Of a DNA stretch of 64,000 nt, positions 61,632 through 64,000 are shown piece after piece. The DNA lies in the NCBI GenBank assembly GCA_963422615.1, contig OY730414.1:1472302-1536301 (forward strand), in the 5' to 3' direction. The DNA is from Longimicrobiales bacterium (lineage in GTDB: Bacteria > Gemmatimonadota > Gemmatimonadetes > Longimicrobiales > Gaopeijiaceae). The translations under genes were made by a program, and so were the position numbers. Below the pieces are notes generated by a model, which saw nothing but the letters and a program-made list of their open reading frames with translations, was not told where the DNA came from and did not search any database. Each line of letters starts with the position of its first letter. Position 1 is the stretch's first letter.

Positions 61632-63659
61632 ATGTGGCGGTGGCTTCGCGGGTCGTTCCGGCGCTTCTCCCGGGTCGCACTCCCGGCCGTCTTCTTGTTG
61701 CTCTTTGCGTCGACGCCCGAAGCGATCGGCCAGGAGCCCCCCGACACCCTGGACCTGCCGCCCGACTCCCTGGTAGTGGATTCGGCGGCCGTTGCGGACA
61801 GCCTTCGGGCCGATTCAGTGGCGGTGGACGGCATTCTCGCTGCGGACAGCCTTCCCGCCGATTCGGTGGCGGTGGACAGCATTCTGCCCCCTCCCGTCCT
61901 CCCCACGCTTCCCGATCCGGTCGCTTCCGCCATCGCTCCGGGGGTTTGGGAGTGGGACCGGAAGCGCCTTCTCGGGGTGCGGGGCCAAACCCTTTGGGAA
62001 CTCTTGGCAGAGATCCCGGGTCTTCTGGCGCTCCGGAGCGGAGATTTCGGGTCTTCGGCAGTCGTTTTTCCCGTTGGGTACTCGGGCGGCGGACTCCGCC
62101 TCTACTACGACGGTGTCGAGCACCTCCCCCTGGACGGTTCGGTCCCGGATTTGGCCCGGGTCCCCCTGTCCGGGGTAGAACGGGTGCGGGTCGTCCGACG
62201 GGCCAGCGGTGTAGAAGTGCACCTCTTTCGTTTCGCCCACGCCAATCCGCGTCCCTATTCTCTCATTGAGGCCGGCAATGGCGATTTGAGCACGAATATC
62301 CTGCGGGGGACCTTCTCCTTTCCCAGAGCGTTCCAAGGGAAGGCCGCGCTGGCCATCGAGCGGTTGGACACCCAGGGAAGAGAAACCCCCGGTGCCACGA
62401 CGGGGGGATGGTTCCGGTACAGCCTCCACCGAGGCGATCGAGCTGGGCTCCGCCTCGAGGTTCGGCGAATGCACTCGGAACGTTCGGATTCGGGGATCTC
62501 TCCCGCCGCTGCGAGCCGTTCCGACTGGACCTTACAGGGCAGCTGGACGCCCGCGGACAGCCTCTTGGCGGAGGCGTGGGCCACCGGTGCATCCATCCAA
62601 CCCGGGGACACGCTGGAAGCCTTTCCCTTTTCCGCCGAGTCGCGGAAACAGTACGGCGTCCGGCTGACGACCCGGCGCGGCAGGCTTTGGGGCCGCACGA
62701 CGGCGCGCTTCAACGAAGGGGCCGGCGTGGTTGACCGGGAACTTTCCGGGGAGTTTTCTGCCGTGTCTTCCCGATGGGGTGGCGGGAGCGGATACGTGTG
62801 GAAGGAGGAGTGGGGTGGCCGTGCGGGTTCGGGCTACGATCTCCGGGCATGGCTCACGCCGGTTTCCTTTGTCACCGTCTTTGCGGAGCAGGGGGACGGA
62901 GCCCGCTCGGTGCCGACGCTGCGCCCGTTGCCCCCGAAAGGGGACACCACCGGGGACCCCGATCGGCGGGAGGCCGTCGACAGCATCGGGGACCCCGATG
63001 CCGCCGAGGCGCCAGCGATCCGCTTCACCCGGCGATGGAGTGCCCGGTACGGGGTTCGCCTGGCTTGGCGGCGCATCGAGGTTGCCGGGGCCATGGTCTC
63101 GGTCAAGGCCGACTCCGTCTGGCCCACGCAGCTCCCCTTCGACCGGGGGGGAGTCGTCCATCCGCAGGCACGGCGGTCGGGTTGGGAAGTCTCGGGAAGG
63201 CTGCCCCTGCGGCCCCGGGGGCTGTTTCTCCTGGGGCAGGTGCAGCTCTGGGAGGCGCAGGACTCCCTCGCCCTCTACTTCCCGGATCACCTCTACCAGG
63301 GGGCCTTGTCCTTTCACCGCACCTTTCGATCGACGGGGAACTTCGAGCTCTGGGTCGATCTGGGGGTACAGGGGAGGTCCCCCATGACCGTGCCCGTCCC
63401 CGGATTGCCCGAAGAGGAAGACGGGGAGCCGATGTCGGGGAGCGCACCCGATGAGGTTGAAGAGGAAGATGCCTGGGGTCCTTCCGTCGTTCCGTTCTAC
63501 CAGAACTGGTACTTCCGCCTGCAGATGCGGTTCCTGTCCCTGAATGTGTTCGCGACGGTCGAAAATCTGACCTTGAGACCCAACAACCAGGATTTGCCCG
63601 GTCGTTTGTTGCCCGGAACCCGGGGCCTTTATGGCGTGAGGTGGACTTTTTGGAACTGA
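61632..63659 (+). CDS. Putative outer-membrane protein with TonB-receptor plug-like domain
   Basis: Signal peptide, DS-rich linker, ELLAEIPG...LYYDG...VERVRV plug-like segment, C-terminal YGVRWTFWN. Confidence 0.72.
   Translation: MWRWLRGSFRRFSRVALPAVFLLLFASTPEAIGQEPPDTLDLPPDSLVVDSAAVADSLRADSVAVDGILAADSLPADSVAVDSILPPPVLPTLPDPVASAIAPGVWEWDRKRLLGVRGQTLWELLAEIPGLLALRSGDFGSSAVVFPVGYSGGGLRLYYDGVEHLPLDGSVPDLARVPLSGVERVRVVRRASGVEVHLFRFAHANPRPYSLIEAGNGDLSTNILRGTFSFPRAFQGKAALAIERLDTQGRETPGATTGGWFRYSLHRGDRAGLRLEVRRMHSERSDSGISPAAASRSDWTLQGSWTPADSLLAEAWATGASIQPGDTLEAFPFSAESRKQYGVRLTTRRGRLWGRTTARFNEGAGVVDRELSGEFSAVSSRWGGGSGYVWKEEWGGRAGSGYDLRAWLTPVSFVTVFAEQGDGARSVPTLRPLPPKGDTTGDPDRREAVDSIGDPDAAEAPAIRFTRRWSARYGVRLAWRRIEVAGAMVSVKADSVWPTQLPFDRGGVVHPQARRSGWEVSGRLPLRPRGLFLLGQVQLWEAQDSLALYFPDHLYQGALSFHRTFRSTGNFELWVDLGVQGRSPMTVPVPGLPEEEDGEPMSGSAPDEVEEEDAWGPSVVPFYQNWYFRLQMRFLSLNVFATVENLTLRPNNQDLPGRLLPGTRGLYGVRWTFWN
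61794..61887. repeat. Imperfect 48-bp in-frame tandem duplication (ADSLxADSVAVDxIL, two copies)
   Basis: gcggacagccttc...gccgattcRgtggcggtggacRgcattct at 61794 and 61842. Confidence 0.8.
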
Positions 63660-63675
63660 AGGGGCGGAACGTCCG

Positions 63676-64000
63676 TTGATCCGCAGCATGACGGGGTACG
63701 GTGCGGCAGAGGTGGCGCTCGAGGATGGCCGGGTCCTTCGGGTGGAGGTCAAGACGGTCAACCACCGCCACCTCAGTCCGAGCGTCCGGGTTCCCCGGGG
63801 GTGGGAAGGCTTGGAGAAGAAAGTTGTGGAAAGGATTCGAGAGACGATTCTTCGAGGTCGGGTCTCCCTGTCGGTGAGTTGCGGGAATGCGGAGCGAGAC
63901 GATTTCGCAGCTCCGGAGCTGGACTTGGCCCGGGCCCGGAAGTACGCCCAGGGCCTGGAGGAAGCGGCGGCGGAACTGGGCCTGGAAGGTCGATTGAACG
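63676..64000 (+). CDS. yicC: YicC/YloC family endoribonuclease, truncated by the window end
   Basis: TTG start, MIRSMTGYG...VEVKTVNHRHL...RGRV; absent from the ORF track because there is no stop in the window. Confidence 0.88.
   Translation, partial: MIRSMTGYGAAEVALEDGRVLRVEVKTVNHRHLSPSVRVPRGWEGLEKKVVERIRETILRGRVSLSVSCGNAERDDFAAPELDLARARKYAQGLEEAAAELGLEGRLN

Overview
A high-GC (roughly two-thirds G+C by eye) bacterial chromosomal window. Gene order and lineage-type hypothetical proteins suggest Gemmatimonadota (inference). From left to right: a histidine utilisation cluster (hutH-hutU, hutF, hutI); a secreted Tyr/Trp/Gly-rich protein ending in a 39-bp tandem repeat; a Rho with a disordered RGG-rich N-terminus; a tesA/ybbA/ybbP-like esterase-ABC module; an orphan sigma70-region-4/winged-helix protein; an osmoprotectant-type ABC transporter coupled to a PLP dehydratase; a TonB-dependent receptor; argG-argH-rpiA-rpe; a block of exported peptidases and catabolic enzymes around tRNA-Leu(TAA), including a frameshifted remnant of an AlbA/HATPase-type regulator; and the housekeeping run rnz, aroA-cmk, rpsA, an LpoA-like lipoprotein, propionyl-CoA carboxylase subunits, methylmalonyl-CoA mutase, icd, pepA, a TonB-plug-like protein and a truncated yicC. 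I found no CRISPR array, integrase, transposase or rRNA, and no complete novel system I can support. The best leads are the repeat protein/Rho locus, the sigma4-wHTH orphan, a membrane-anchored M15-like protein and the exported FAH and PLP enzymes. Several single-base frame anomalies, including the aroA-cmk fusion, may be assembly indels. All product calls come from motif recognition, not database searches.
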